From: Octopus vulgaris
Lineage: Eukaryota
DNA length: 64,000 bases
NCBI GenBank assembly: GCA_951406725.2
Contig: OX597823.1
Location: 42,346,001 to 42,410,000 of the forward strand
Reading direction: 5' to 3'
The translations under genes were made by a program, and so were the position numbers. Under the pieces are notes generated by a model. That model searched no databases. It worked only from the letters and a program-made list of their open reading frames with translations, and was not told the origin of the DNA. Positions 36,477 to 50,560 of the stretch are shown here, piece after piece; within the stretch, counting starts at the first letter, position 1; each line of letters starts with the position of its first letter.

Positions 36477-38896
36477 TATGTTCCAACATTCTCTCATAGC
36501 AGGTTTAAAATTATTTAGTTGGTTGCATTAGAATATTTAGATATGCATCAGAGCAATTAATTTCATCTAGAATCTCACAAAACCTCTTCTATTTGTTGAT
36601 GATTTTATAGATATGTATATAAAAGTAAAAGATATCAATATAGAAGATGATGTAGTAGACTTATCAAGATGGCTGTATGTTGACATTAAGCATATGTTCC
36701 CATATAATCTCCACAGATAGCGACCATAAAGATTTATAAGTGACTCAGAGCTTTATATTTTGGAGAAGTGTGGGGGCAGGTAGTTGCTTTGATTAACCTT
36801 GATAAATGACTGATATTATTTTATTGACCCCCAGAAGAATGATAAACAACATTAACTTTGATAGGATTTGAACTTAGAAAATAAATATATGTAATTATCT
36901 AACACAAGACACTTACTGCAACCAACCATCAATCCATGAGCACAAACAAGTGTCATCTCTGTCCTGCTGTTACCCCTTGGGACATCAATGGTAGATTTGC
37001 CACTGTTAGAAATAGTACCTAAATCTTAAATTACACCCTCTTAAACAAATACAAATAGATTGCAAAATGAAATTCTTGCTATAGAATCAGATGGGATAGA
37101 CATGGCTGGAATGAGTGTCTTTGATTCTACATTTGCTTTATCAGGGTTGACCTGGGGCTAAAGAACATCAACATCAATAATTATGGTTTCAAATTTTGGC
37201 ACAAGGCCAGCAAGTTCAGAGGATGGGGTCAATCAATTACATCAAAACCTGGTTTTCAACTGGTACTTATTTTATTGACCCTGAAAGGATGAAAGGCAAA
37301 GTTGACCTTGGCAGAATTTGAACTCAGAATGTTCAGACAGATGAAATGCTGCTAACAATTTTGCTCAATGTGCTAATTTTTCTGCCAGCTCACCACATTC
37401 AACAACATAAAATAATAATAAAGACAATGATATTTATTGTAGAAAGTGGTAATCCAGTCAACCTTCAAGCAGTAAATTACTGGTACTTGTTTTATCCACT
37501 GAATGGGCTGTGCGAATGCAGAACATACAACAATGAAATGTAACTGAATACTGCTGCCTTCCACCACACCTGTGGGGGTAGGCAAGGGTGGAAGATGAGA
37601 TAAAACTGGATGGTGTTAGATGTTAGGTCTTTATTCCAGTGCTCCTTCCATTTGTGTCACTCAACTAAAAAATTTTCTATTAATCATAATAATAATTTTC
37701 ACTCTATCCAATAACATCTACAGATGTTAGCAACAATGTATGAGGTTCTCTATTGTTAATTCTCACAGTATCAATGCTATGGAAGAAAAAAAAAACAAAT
37801 AAAAACAAAAAAGAATATGAAAAAGAACTAAAAGTAAGACCAACAGCAAAACCATCTAAAAAAAAAAACCTGCTGATGGAGTACCTCCTTTCTTTATACT
37901 GACTCCAAATATTAGTTTTCATCTGGCAAGCATCTTCAAACATTATCAGAAATCTAATTATTTTTAACCATGTTACATCCTGTCTTTGAAAGGATACACA
38001 TTAATTCTTTGCGATGAGTGGCATCTCCATATTTTATCTTTTCCATTTATATTTATTTGGTTTTTCACTTTTTTTTTCTTTTCGCATGTTTAATGGTGGT
38101 CGTGGTGGTGGGGATTTGCTTGAGGTGATATCTTGCAGTCAATCAGCTCTCTTCTTGTTTCAAGATATATCAAACGTCACCTGAGAAAATTGAAAATCAG
38201 CACACGTTCCTATGCACCTATATGTGTGCTAAGACATGCACGTTTCCAGATGGTTTTAAAGAAGTGACTCAGTTTTAAGCATCTAAAAATTACCAGATCT
38301 CTATAGCTGGTTACTTGAGTGTTGAGTGTGTGTATTTACAGTTTTATTTTCCCCCTTTTTTTATGTAACACATGAACTAAATTACACAGATCAAATATTT
38401 TAGATATTGTTCTGTACTAATACACTATGAATATACATATGGTAATTAACATATTCGTGGTAATTCCACATGAACACTATAGCATGGTTCAAATCAAAAA
38501 TAGGCAAACTCATCCCAAATAACCCTGCCTGAATTAATAAATGAAGTTTTGCAGCATGAACACTGTCCTGTTTTGTTCCTAACTTTGACCCTCCATAAAT
38601 CCCAAATTTTATTCTGGTACTTATAGGAGCAAGTGTCTTCGAAGACTCATATTGCCGTTCAGTGCTAGAAATGAGGAACAGATAGACAGATGACAACTGA
38701 TGATGGGTCGTTTTTTGTGTTACTTGTCCTGTTTTCCATTTGTTTCTCTCGTTGTTTGTGTATTGAACTCATTTGTTTCCGCATTTCATATTGTTTACTG
38801 TTGGTGACGTCCTGTACCCATATATGCATATGTATATATATATATATAATAAATCTCTGAACGAAGTATAAACAGTAACTGCACAACAATGTGAGA

Positions 38897-39026
38897 TATA
38901 TTTGCCATCTAAATGTTACTGTAGCTTGTAACCCCAGATGTTCTGCTGGAGAAGATGTTCTCCTGGGGCTACAAGCTACATTAGCATCCACCTTTAGTGG
39001 TTAGCCACATTTAGATGGCAAATATA
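38897..39026. repeat. Nested inverted repeat (foldback-like short element)
   Basis: TATATTTGCCATCTAAATGT (38897-38916) pairs perfectly with 39007-39026. Inner arms are TGTAGCTTGTAACCCCAG / CTGGGGCTACAAGCTACA. Confidence 0.75.
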
Positions 39027-39048
39027 CCACACACACACACACACACAT

Positions 39049-39082
<34 letters not shown>

Positions 39083-39083
<1 letters not shown>

Positions 39084-39815
39084 TAGCAAACACCCCATCC
39101 TTTGGATGGTTTATGTTGCTTTGGTGGCGTTTTTTTTTTAACCAGTTAATTGAACTACCGAGAAGGTTTATGAGTAGTACAGTAATCTATGTTTCTGATT
39201 AGCCTAGGAACAGAAAATCAAGTTGAAGGCTGGTTATTGTGGAGGTCGTTGCTCTTTAATGATTATAGAACATATGTTTGCAAGCGATGCAAAATAGAGC
39301 TACTGAAGTGTTTTGGGAGTAGATTATGGATAATCTATGTGATTGTTTAAAAAAAGACTAGAATGAGAAGGCTAAAACATACTTGAAATAATGGATAACA
39401 ATCGAAATATAATGGATGGGTAAAGTTTGGTGAAAATCGTGAATTATGGAAAATGTATGCGTTCAGTGTTCCATCGCTGGTGTGCAGTGGAAATAAATAA
39501 ATGGTGAAAATCTTTTCCCATTTATAAAAAACATTAAAAACGTATGGAAGACCCTACAGATTATAAAACAGCTTATTAATACAAATGAATAGGAATCATC
39601 TATTGTTGGTTTCCCATTGCTCTAGAGGCCCCAATATGGATTTAAAAAAAATCTAAGTAGCCTATGTTTGGGTCTGGGATATGAAGCAACTGTGTATAAA
39701 ACTTTAAAGAAACCAGATGAAAGATGTAGGAGTTATTGAGGTACATGAATTTTTTTGTGTATATATATATATATACACACGCACACACAAAATACTTCAA
39801 TTTTATAGATATTGA
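39083..39815 (-). mobile_element. Non-autonomous Helitron-like element
   Basis: The minus strand starts A|TCAATATCTATAAAATTGAAG plus a (GT)n tract. It ends with the hairpin CCATCC-aaa-GGATGG shortly before CTAG|T. Confidence 0.65.
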
Positions 39816-40396
39816 TATCCATGAATGTGACTGTATATGTTTTAAACATAAAAATATGCTTTTGTACAAAAAACATGTTCTAAGTTTCTTATTGTGCTGC
39901 TGTATTAATAACTCCTGAAGAATTGTCAAGCGAACCCTACTATTCAGATAAATAAACCCTTATCTGCTGAAAATGGGGGTTCTCTATAATTGTGAACTTT
40001 TCATTCTTTGGAACATTTTCTTAATGTCCTATGTTTTAAGAGAAATTTAGCTATTATTGCTAGCATGTTGATTGACTGCTTGAAGGTTACTTTGTTGGCT
40101 TAAGCTCACAATGTTGGGCAGGAAAAAATCTTATCAATACAGCAGATGTAACAACAAGAAAAACTGCTTACCAGGTAATATGGTCCAAATTGAAGGAATG
40201 GAACCAGCAGGTATGGTATATATTGTATCCAACTTCATAAGAGCCTTATTGACTATACTCACATCTCTAGAACTCTGTGCATGTGATGCATTGTTTTCTG
40301 ACCAATACAATTTTTTTTTCCAACACCCCTCTCGTACAACAGCAATAAATAATTGTTACAGTTCATTCACCGGTTTTTCTCACTTTACTATTTCAG

Positions 40397-40570
40397 CTCC
40401 ATGCTCTGCGTCTCCACCAAATATTGACAATGGTCGGCGAGTTTACATCGGGTGGAAACATGGAGATCGAGCAAAATATATGTGTCTTCAAGGTTTCCGT
40501 CTTCGTGGAGACAAATACATGACATGCCAATATGGGCGGTGGAAAGGTTCTAGACCGTACTGTGAAGAAA
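40397..40570 (+). CDS. lev-9: Penultimate coding exon (sushi/CCP domain) of a LEV-9/Hikaru genki-like multi-CCP protein
   Basis: Acceptor tactatttcAG at 40395-40396 and donor GTAAGT at 40571. The exon is 174 bp, phase 1-1. It encodes (x)PCSASPPNIDNGRRVYIGWKHGDRAKYMCLQGFRLRGDKYMTCQYGRWKGSRPYCEE, with four Cys and the CCP C..GF.L.G....C..G.W....P.C pattern. Family assignment is from recalled similarity, not a database search. Confidence 0.9.
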
Positions 40571-40602
40571 GTAAGTATCCTTTTCTTATCTCACTTCCAC
40601 CA

Positions 40603-40655
<53 letters not shown>

Positions 40656-40870
40656 TTCCTCTGTGTGTGCACGTGTGTGTGTGTGTGTTGTAAAGAAGTT
40701 TGCTTCACAACCACATGGCTTGAAATCCAGAGCCAGAGGTTGATATTTCAAGCAAATGTCTTTTAATGAAACCTCAGATCAACCAAAGATTTGTCAGTGA
40801 TATGAAAACTATGAGGAAGCCTGTTGTATGCATGTCTATGAGTGCCACAAATCAATCTCATCATATATAA

Positions 40871-41847
40871 GCACAGGCATGGCTGTGTGGTTCAGAAGTT
40901 TGCTTCCGAACCACATGGTTTGGGTTCTGTCCCACTTCATGGTACTTTGCATAAATGCCCTGTACTACAGCCCCAGGACAACCAAAGTCCCATGAGTTGA
41001 TTTGGAACATGGAAACTGAAAGAATCCCATCATATGTGTGTGCATGTGCATATTGTGAATATATATCTGTTTATATCTTTTTGTCTTGACAGCACATGAT
41101 GGTTGTAAACAAGCACCACTGTAATTCAAGAGATGCCCATTTTTAATCTTCTGTTAAAACATGTCTATGGGAAATATTACCCTGCTATGAAACTAGTGAG
41201 TTAGCAATGAGCAAGGCATCCTATTGGGTTGTCTGGAAAGTTCACACCGACTTTTAAAGGAAAGAAAAAGGTCAATAAATACTTGCCATTACAACCAAAT
41301 ATGAACCATTTTGTTGACAATGCATCTCCATCTTTCCTTTAACTTGAAAATACCTCCTCCCCAGAATTGAGGTGGTGTCATGGCAAAGAATTCATCAAGA
41401 TATCTTTTTACATCATCCAAGGAATTGAAATTTTTACCATTAAGACTATTCTGCAGAGACCTGAATAGGTGGAAATCCAAAGGAGCAATGTCTGGTGAAT
41501 ATGGAGGATGGGGTAACACATCCCAGCCGAGCTGCAGCAATTTTTGTCTGGTTCCCAAAGCATCAAGTGCCGAAAATGAACTTTCTTATCTTCCATTTTA
41601 AAGGGTTGCAAAATTAACACTGGTTATAGGAACATAAACCTTCTTCCACAAAGAGATAGCTTAAACTGTGCTCTAAATAGAAATATAGTCAAATCCTATT
41701 TTATGGACTCAACCATGTTCTAAAATACGTCAAATGGTAAGCTACTATAGATTGGCACAAACTTTCCAGACAACCCAATACTATAGAAAATTTGCCTCAA
41801 GGAACTCTGTCTAATTTGTACAACCTTGGAATAGTGAATGTTAAAAC
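40871..41847 (+). mobile_element. SINE family A copy split by the mariner at 41224-41778
   Basis: Head GCACAGGCATGGCTGTGTGG...GGGTTCTGTCCCAC. The tail resumes after the mariner with CTATAGAAAATTTGCCTCAA. Confidence 0.85.
41224..41778 (-). mobile_element. Internally deleted mariner (Hsmar1/Mos1-like) nested in a SINE
   Basis: Perfect 19-bp TIR TTGGGTTGTCTGGAAAGTT with TA duplication. The N-terminus MEDKKVHFRHLML is fused to the C-terminal LPHPPYSPDIAPLDFHLFRSLQNSL...KLKERW. Confidence 0.95.
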
Positions 41848-43351
41848 ATTTTTTATATATAAATAGATAATGAAATTATGTAAAAAGCATTGATGTGGGT
41901 AGTAATGCCACATAGAAAGCAATGATGCTGATGCCTCATAAAAAGCACTGGTGATAGTGCCATGTACAAAGCACCAAGTTCACTTTTTCAGGTGGTTGGT
42001 GTTCAGAAGGGCATCCAGTTGTAGAAACCAAGCCAAAACAGACAATGGTGCATGGTATGCCTCTTGGCTGGCCTTGCTAGCTCCTGTCAAGCTGTCCAAC
42101 TCATACCAGCATGGAAAACAAAATTTAACTGTTGTTGTTGATGATGATGATGATGATAGTGGTGGTGGTGAAGAGGAGGATGTAGCTCAATGGCATAAAA
42201 CATTATCAGTATCACATAATGTATGTATATTGTTAAACACCAGGAACCACAGTTTATCATTTGGGAAAGATCTCTTCAAAGATATATAGTGTAAAATAAT
42301 ACCGAATACCATTCCTGGAGGTGGATGTGAGCAGCTGATACCAAAATTTCATGCTATCTCACTGCTTATCAATGCCATGTACTTACCTAGCTTCCAAAAG
42401 GAAATCAAAATGTTAACCTGAAGTATATATGTATTTGTATATGTATGTATGTGTGTGAGTGTGTGTGTAAAAATTATTTGCTTATTTAGAATTGCATCAC
42501 ACAAGTAGAATAGATGCAAATTTTATCATTTTTTAGAAAAGGAATATTTGATGGAGATTTACTGCTTACAAGGAAATATAGTTTGAGTTGGTTTGAGTAG
42601 AAAGGAAGTTATCAGAGTTTCCATGTACCTTATTGAACTCAGGTGTTACTCACCTCGAAGACACTCGCTAAGGTGCCAAGCAGTATGCTTGTACTCAGAA
42701 CCATATGATTATGAAGCAATTCTCTTAAACACAGCCATGTCCACACAAAAATAATCTTAAAAGGTAATAAGCCTTTCTACTAAAGGCCAGGGCCTGAGAT
42801 TTTGTGATAAGGGGCTAGTCTATTACAGCAATCCCTGTACTTGACTTAAAAAGATGAAAGGCATTGTTGACCTCAGCAGGATTTGAACTCAGCATTTCTC
42901 TATGGCACGCTAACAATTCTGCCAGCTTGACATCAAATCTAAAACAAGTAATGTAAGTAAACAAAAAAATGCAAATAACTGTTTTTATGCATTTAACCCT
43001 TAGAGGATATGTGTGTAACTTATACTGTATTTTGTGATATCAAAGACACTTTTTGTGTAAAAAAAAAAACAACTTTGAGAATTACTAAGCATATATATGT
43101 TTGTATGCATATTTATGTATTTGTATGCATCTATGTGTGAGTACATCTGTGCATGTTTGAATGCTTCTCTGAAGTTTACAATCCGTATTAATATACCAAT
43201 GTGTGTGTGTGTGTGTGTGTGCATGCATCTATGTATGTTTGTGTGTATCAGTGTGAAGTTTGCAATCTATACAGAACTACAAATGTTGGCACTTGTTGGC
43301 ATTTCCTGTCAAATCATTCAATAGCTCTATCTGTGCTTTTAAATCTTTCTG

Positions 43352-43386
<35 letters not shown>

Positions 43387-44169
43387 TGAAAAAATGTTTG
43401 TGACAGGAAGAACATCTTGCTGTAAAATCATGCCACAAATAACTTACCATTTAACTTATGGCAAAATAAATATTTCTTCTGTGGAACATTGTCACATCAA
43501 ATAAAATCTGGTAATTCATTAAACTGATTCTGTTAAGTGTGGAATAAAATGAATAATTTCTTTTCAAATCTGAAGCAATCGAAACAGTTGTATATACATA
43601 TGCATAACTACACAAATGTGCACATACAAACATATATGCACTCACATTCTGATGCATGCACATCCTAGTGTACATATACAGCTGTATGTATGCACATATG
43701 TACGCTCACCACACTTTCAAGTATTCACTCACTCACTCACACACATTCTCTTTGGGTATGCACCCTCTCCCTCGGGTGTGTGCCCTCTCCTTTTCTCTCA
43801 CATGTGCACACACTTTCTCACACTCTAAGTGAGAGAGTATGACATACTTTCGCTTTTGGGAGATGATGTGTGTGCACAGGCATGTATGTGAATGTGGGAG
43901 CATGTTGGCATGTGATGCATGCCAATGTGTGAGCACACATTGGAGTGCATGCAAGACTGATTGTATGTGAACTGACTGTATGGATGCAAGTCTGTGAGTG
44001 TGAGAATGCACATGTAAATGTGTGCATGTGAGTGCACACATAAGCATGCATATTCATAATCACTCACAGGTATTCTAGTGCACACACTAGCATGCATGCC
44101 TGCATGCACCTATACTCTCATGCGCATATGAGTGTGCATACACATTCAAGCACATACAAACACATTGTC

Positions 44170-44615
44170 ACTTCTGCTCTCTTATATTCATTCTATCTCT
44201 CACTCATTCTCACCCTATTGCTTCCTCTCACACTCTCTTGCCCTACCACTCTCTCGCTTTCCTGTTTGTTCTCTCACTCGCACACTCTTGTTTGTTCCTC
44301 TCTCCCTCTCTCATACACCTACTCACCTTCACTTGCTCACTCCTCTCTTTGTCTCACTCTCCCTGTCACTCATTCCTCTCTCTCTCACAGTCTTCCCAGT
44401 TGTCTCGCTTTCTTCTATCTCTCTCCTTTGCTGCTTCACTTGCTTGCTCCTTTCTCTGCTTTGCTTTCTTACTCTCGCTTGCTTACTCTCTCTCTCTCTC
44501 TCTCTTGCTGTCTCACTCACTCTCAGTTCCTTTGTCTGTCTGTCTCTTCTCTCTTGTTCCCTGTTTCCCTCCCTTGCTGTCTTGTTCTTCCCATTCCTCT
44601 CCCTCCCCCTTCTTA
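44170..44615 (+). repeat. CT-rich polypyrimidine low-complexity tract
   Basis: About 450 bp dominated by CTCT/CACT. It produces the spurious L/S-rich ORFs. Confidence 0.85.
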
Positions 44616-45298
44616 AAATTTACATCTACCAGATTCCCCACCAACATTTTACTGGTCTGAGTTTAGCTATTAAATTTGACATTTGCTCAAGAAGTTATAC
44701 TGTGGGATTGAGCTTTAAACCTTGTTATGTTTGAGAGGCAAACTTCATAACACAGAGGTGCCTGCAGCTAATTTACACACCATTTAAAAAAAAATTTCTT
44801 TTTACTTGTTTCAGTCATTTGACTGCAGCCATGCCAGAGCATGACCTTGAAAGGTTCTTTTGAACAATTCGACCTCAGAGCTTATTTTTAAGCCTAGTAC
44901 TTATTTTATAAGTCTCTTTTGCTGAATTGCTATGTTACAGGGATGTAAACACACCAACACCAGTTGTCAAGTGGTGATGGGAGAACAAACACAGATACAA
45001 AGACACATGCACACAGACACACACAAACACAGAAATAAATATACACACTACGGGCTTCTTTTAGTTTCCATTTGCCAGATCCACTTATCCGGCTTTGATT
45101 AGTGTAAGCTTAATTCACCCATACAGAGTGCTAGCAGACGTTTATAGGTTTGTGCTCTAGTTGCTTACAGTTTCAGTTTATTGTTTTGGTGTAATGACTC
45201 AAAATTATTAAAGGTGAAGTATTTTAATTATTATATCTGATCTCTTTAACATTTTGTAATTCCTTGCTAATTGATTTTACTTTATTTTTATTTTGCAG

Positions 45299-45573
45299 TA
45301 TTCTGTCCTAATCCAGGATCATTGACAAATGGTAAAATATTTAAAAAAGGACATTTAGGAAATTTTGTGTTTAAACCATATATTGTTACTATACGACACG
45401 GTGACCGGTTAATGTATGAATGTGAACGTGGCTATGAATTACTTGGTCCAACTGGTGCCACCTGCGTTGATGGCCAATGGAGCCCTGAAGATAGGCCCTT
45501 ATGCAAACAAAGCTCCCATCCAGCTTTGCAAAAGCTATGGAAGCCCATCGAAGAGGGTCCTTTGAATTATTAA
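45299..45573 (+). CDS. lev-9: Terminal coding exon (last sushi/CCP domain and short tail) of the same LEV-9/Hig-like gene
   Basis: T-rich tract ending ttttgcAG at 45297-45298. It joins the previous exon in frame (A|TA = Ile): IFCPNPGSLTNGKIFKKGHLGNFVFKPYIVTIRHGDRLMYECERGYELLGPTGATCVDGQWSPEDRPLCKQSSHPALQKLWKPIEEGPLNY, stop TAA 45571-45573. The long insert after NGK and the GP.GATC..GQWSP motif match the final CCP of LEV-9/Hig-family proteins as recalled. Confidence 0.9.
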
Positions 45574-46740
45574 GCCAGATCTGGATTGGAAATTATCACA
45601 GAGAGATGCCACATATTATGGAATGGAAACAGGAAAAATTATTTAAAACAAAAATCCATGCTTAGAATGGTGTAGAAACTAAACACATGTAGATAAAGAA
45701 ATGTACCTTCACATACCATGTCTACCAAGAAGGAGTTAGAAAAGCTGCTCACACAAAACATCATTGAAGGTTTGTTGTGAGCAATGTTTTGGGCCTGGCA
45801 AAAAGATTAAGTCACATAATCATATTACTAATATTCTTTGTCTTAATCATATTCTGAACAGTTTTGCAATGGCTGCTTTGTTATGATACAAAGTTGAACA
45901 AGGAATTGAAGATTATTTTGCGGTTATAATTGAAATAAAAAAAAAAATATGAGAGTAGACATTACACTCTAAAGTTGGTTAAACAGATAAAAATGAAAAA
46001 AATTAAAAACAAGAAAATTCTCTAAAGAAAGACTGGGATGAGAGTTTCTCAAAAAAAAAAAAAAAAAACTAGAAATGGTCTCTAAGATAAAAGTGGCTGA
46101 ATTTGGTATAGATTTTTTTTTTTTAATGGATTGAAGTTTATTTTATCCAAAATATATGTGACAAGAATGTTGTAGAATGAAGTTAACTATGGAATATTCA
46201 AAAGAATATATTGACAGAAATAAAATGGGTTCTTCCAGAAACGATCCTGTGAAGAAGAGCACAACGAAGATGAACCAATTTTTTTATTAAAAAGATTTAC
46301 ATAGAGAAAGTCAAGCAAAAGAAATGAAACAAAAATTATACAAGAACGCTTGCATGATTCGATATTTGTACGAAATCAATATTTCCTGGTTAAAAGATTT
46401 CCAAAGAACTACAAAACATACTGTATTCTTGTGGATGAGATGAAAATCATTGATGTTCTTCTAAAAAAAGAATAAGGATTATGTCAAGGGTGAATAGAAC
46501 CTAACCACATGTCTTTGGCATCGAATGGTTTGTTCTTTGGTAGAATATACCAGCTCCGTGAAAATTTGGGACTTCAGAAATGTTGAGAAAATCATCTGAA
46601 ACTGAAACCCACACCCAAACGTTAGAGCTTGCCAAAATGAAAAGAGAATATGGACAAATACGGAAAAAAAAATACATATATATATATATGCATATATCTA
46701 TATATATATATATACATACATTGACTGCAAAATTAATAAA
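45574..46740 (+). other. Probable 3' UTR with candidate polyadenylation signals (may extend much further)
   Basis: Follows the stop codon. AATAAA occurs at 45934, 46219 and 46735. No recognisable SINE lies here. Confidence 0.5.
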
Positions 46741-46859
46741 GACATGTGACCATAATTAATATAAGAAATGGAAGAATCAAAGACAAACGAAATAAACACT
46801 CACCTGGAGTTGTCCAAATATCCATTTCTGAACAAAAATAATATCAATCAATAGAAATG

Positions 46860-47021
46860 CATTTTTTATGCATCAGTGTGTATGCATGTGCATGTGTGTG
46901 TGTGCATGTATGTGTGTGTATATACATGTATAATACTTATGTAAATATACACATATGTGTATATATGTCTATGTGTATATTATATACATATGTAACGTTT
47001 AAATATACTTGTATGAGTGAG

Positions 47022-47052
<31 letters not shown>

Positions 47053-47511
47053 ATATACCTATATATATGTACATATATATATTTACATACACACATACAT
47101 GAACTGTGTGTCTGCATTAATACACACACATTCACATACACACATATATGCATAAGACTACATTTACATGTATTGTTATCCTACACAGACAAACACTGTA
47201 TGTTATTTTTTTTTCCTGTCATGCCATTTATATTAATAAAATCATTACACTAACTTCTTACATATAATAACACATATATGTAAACATATTGTTAACCCAT
47301 ACACATCACTATTATTTTAACTCTACAAGTAATGACTCACTATATCTACCCCCACCACATATGTTTGCACTTAAAGAATTAAGCGGCTAAACGCATGCAC
47401 ACACACACACACACATTGCATACATACACAAATATATATTTACATATACATGTGTATGTTATATATATGTATATATATGTGTGTGGGTATATATATATAT
47501 GTATGTGTGGG

Positions 47512-47554
<43 letters not shown>

Positions 47555-47857
47555 ACATATAGACATACATATATATATGCACACACATACACACGTTTAT
47601 AGCAACAGATGGGAGGAAAAATACTCAATACATGATGTAGAGTATAAGTATTCAGTTGAATCACACACACATGCCCTACACAAAGCAAAACTAATTGTGT
47701 GTGCATGCACGTACACACACACAAACATATTCTATATAATGGATCATATAAATGAACAGTAGTCAAGTTATTAAACGGATTCTACTTGATTTATTATTAT
47801 AGCAGAAACACTAATGATATTGTTGATTTAGAGAGTCGTTGTGTCTATATATATATG

Positions 47858-47888
<31 letters not shown>

Positions 47889-49522
47889 AGAAATATAAAC
47901 TTTTGTACACATTTATGGATATATACATATGTATATTATATATAAATATATGTGTGTGTATGTATTACCCACATTATGGAAGCATTGCATTCCTGAAAAT
48001 ATTAATAAAACAAAATTTCATAATGTTAATTTTGTCTCCCATTAACTTCCATATTACAGAATTCCACATTATGGTAACGTTTTCAGGCACATGGCTTTTC
48101 CATAATGTGTGAACTGCTTGAGCATGTATGTGTGTGTATGTGTATATATATATAAATACACATGCATGTGTGTATATGTGTATTCATGTGTTTGCGTATA
48201 TACATATGTATATAAAGATATGTTTGTATGCATGTATACAAGTATGTATATGTGTACATGTATATATACACACACATAAGGTAAGAAGAGTGAGAGTGAG
48301 AACATGGGAGAACTAAATTTTCATATATACATTGACAGACACACACATGCATATGTGTGTGTGTGTGTATTAGCAATCATAAAATATAGATGCATGTATA
48401 TGTCCGTATATATTTTGGCATATTCAAACGCACACGCAATATATACCTGACTGTTTCAAAGAAATGAATTATTTGGTAAGATTATAATAGAGCTGGTAAT
48501 TGAGAAATACAAATATGGGTAAATTATATACACACCTTATTTGTGTGTGTATATATATGTAAGAATATATATGTATATGTAGTTTTGTGAGTGTGTGGGC
48601 ATAGGAATGTGCTTGTATGCTTATATGCGTACACATACATATATAGATATATATATATATACATATATATACATAGATATTTCTATGTATAGACATATAC
48701 ATATATATGTATATATTTACACACACACACACACACATATATACACAAATATATGCAAATATATATAGACAGACATATACACCCACACGTGTGAATTTGT
48801 TCAGATATGTCTATATGAATGTGTGCATGTGTATGTATACACATACACACACATTGTCATGTGTGTATATTTACATTAATAATCATATCTCTAAATATAC
48901 AAACAACAATTACTATGTACATAAAAAAATATAGCCAGACAAATCCACACACACATTCACATACGCAGACACGCACACACATGCATAGACTGTGTGTAAG
49001 ACAGACAACAATCCTATGCTGTCCGTGCAAAAGGTTTGTCCATTAACTAACTGGTGTCCAAGCACTGTACATCTTTTTTTTTTAAATATTTCATTAGCCT
49101 TTATATTTCTTTCTAATTTTCCCTGTCGCTCTTCTCCTCACACCACTACTGTCTTATTGACACATCCTATCGACCTTGCCCCGTTATTTCATTTTCTCAG
49201 TTTGTGTGATAGCTAACAAAAACCTGAAAGAGATAGAGACAGACACACTGGATTGTTATTTGGGTGTGGCGGGGTGGGCGGACACATAGTGTTAATCATA
49301 TCCCTTCTTTTTCAATTTAAACCTGGAAGTGATGGCGAAAGTTATTGTATCATTGTATGGATCAACTTGCTGATGCTGCTTAAGCTGGGTACATGACATG
49401 GATGAAGATAGATTCAGAAGATACAGAGAAGAGAAGAATGAAAGAGTAGGGGTGATAAGGAAATAGGGAAAGAAATGAATTTTACATATTCATAATTATG
49501 AATGGGTATATATATACACGTG

Positions 49523-49560
<38 letters not shown>

Positions 49561-50405
49561 TATATGTGCTCACATATATTTAAATATATATTCATATATG
49601 TGTGTATGTGTTTGTGTGTGTGTATATATGCATGGATGAGTATTTACATATATATATATATATGAATATATAAATTATGTTTATACTTATATATATACAT
49701 ATATATGCACACACATATGGTGCATGTGCACATATGTTCTCATTCATATACATCAATACATTAACACACACATTTATACATTTGTGTACATATGTGTATG
49801 TATGTATATATATACACATACATACATGCACACACATATATGTTAATATACATGCAATTAATCACATATGTATGCATACTCACATATATATATATATACA
49901 TGTGTATTGATACAGACATTTATATACATAGTTTCACATACATATATGTATATCATTGTATTTATATATATATATGCAATGTGTATGAGTGTGTGCATGT
50001 GTGTCTGTAAGCATATGCAGCAATTAAATTTTTTAACTCATTTGTTTGGGGAGTTTTTATTTTGTATTTTCTTTATTTCTTGCCAATATTTCAGTTTTTA
50101 CCAGGGTATATAATGACATGTGTACCAAGGCATATATAAAAATGTTTACTTTTTCAGTTTTTTCCATTGATTTAATTTTATATTCTTAAAAATATTTTTC
50201 TCTATTAATTCAAATGTGTCTCCTTATTAAAAAAGAAATAACAGGAATATGCTAATTTTCCATTTAATTTACATAATGTTTAGAAATTATTGACTGTTTT
50301 TCAGTTCTTTTAAAATTTAAAAAAATATCTTGTGTAATATTTCAATTTAATGAATATAGAGATTTGAAAACTTATTATAATCATTATTACTATTGAAATG
50401 AAACT

Positions 50406-50436
<31 letters not shown>

Positions 50437-50466
50437 TACTATTATTATTATTATCATTACTGTTAC

Positions 50467-50499
<33 letters not shown>

Positions 50500-50505
50500 T
50501 GTTAC

Positions 50506-50560
<55 letters not shown>

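Noticed and set aside
38640-38830. CTGATGA at ~38697 with an upstream GAAA as a permuted hammerhead
   Set aside because: I could not form convincing stems. It is probably a repeat fragment and needs a family consensus to judge.
40111-40743. 210-aa ORF as a complete gene
   Set aside because: Only 40397-40570 is exon-like. The rest is intron read-through, including microsatellite and SINE sequence.
44092-44734. Three long Leu/Ser-rich ORFs resembling membrane proteins
   Set aside because: The CT-rich low-complexity tract lacks stop codons by composition.
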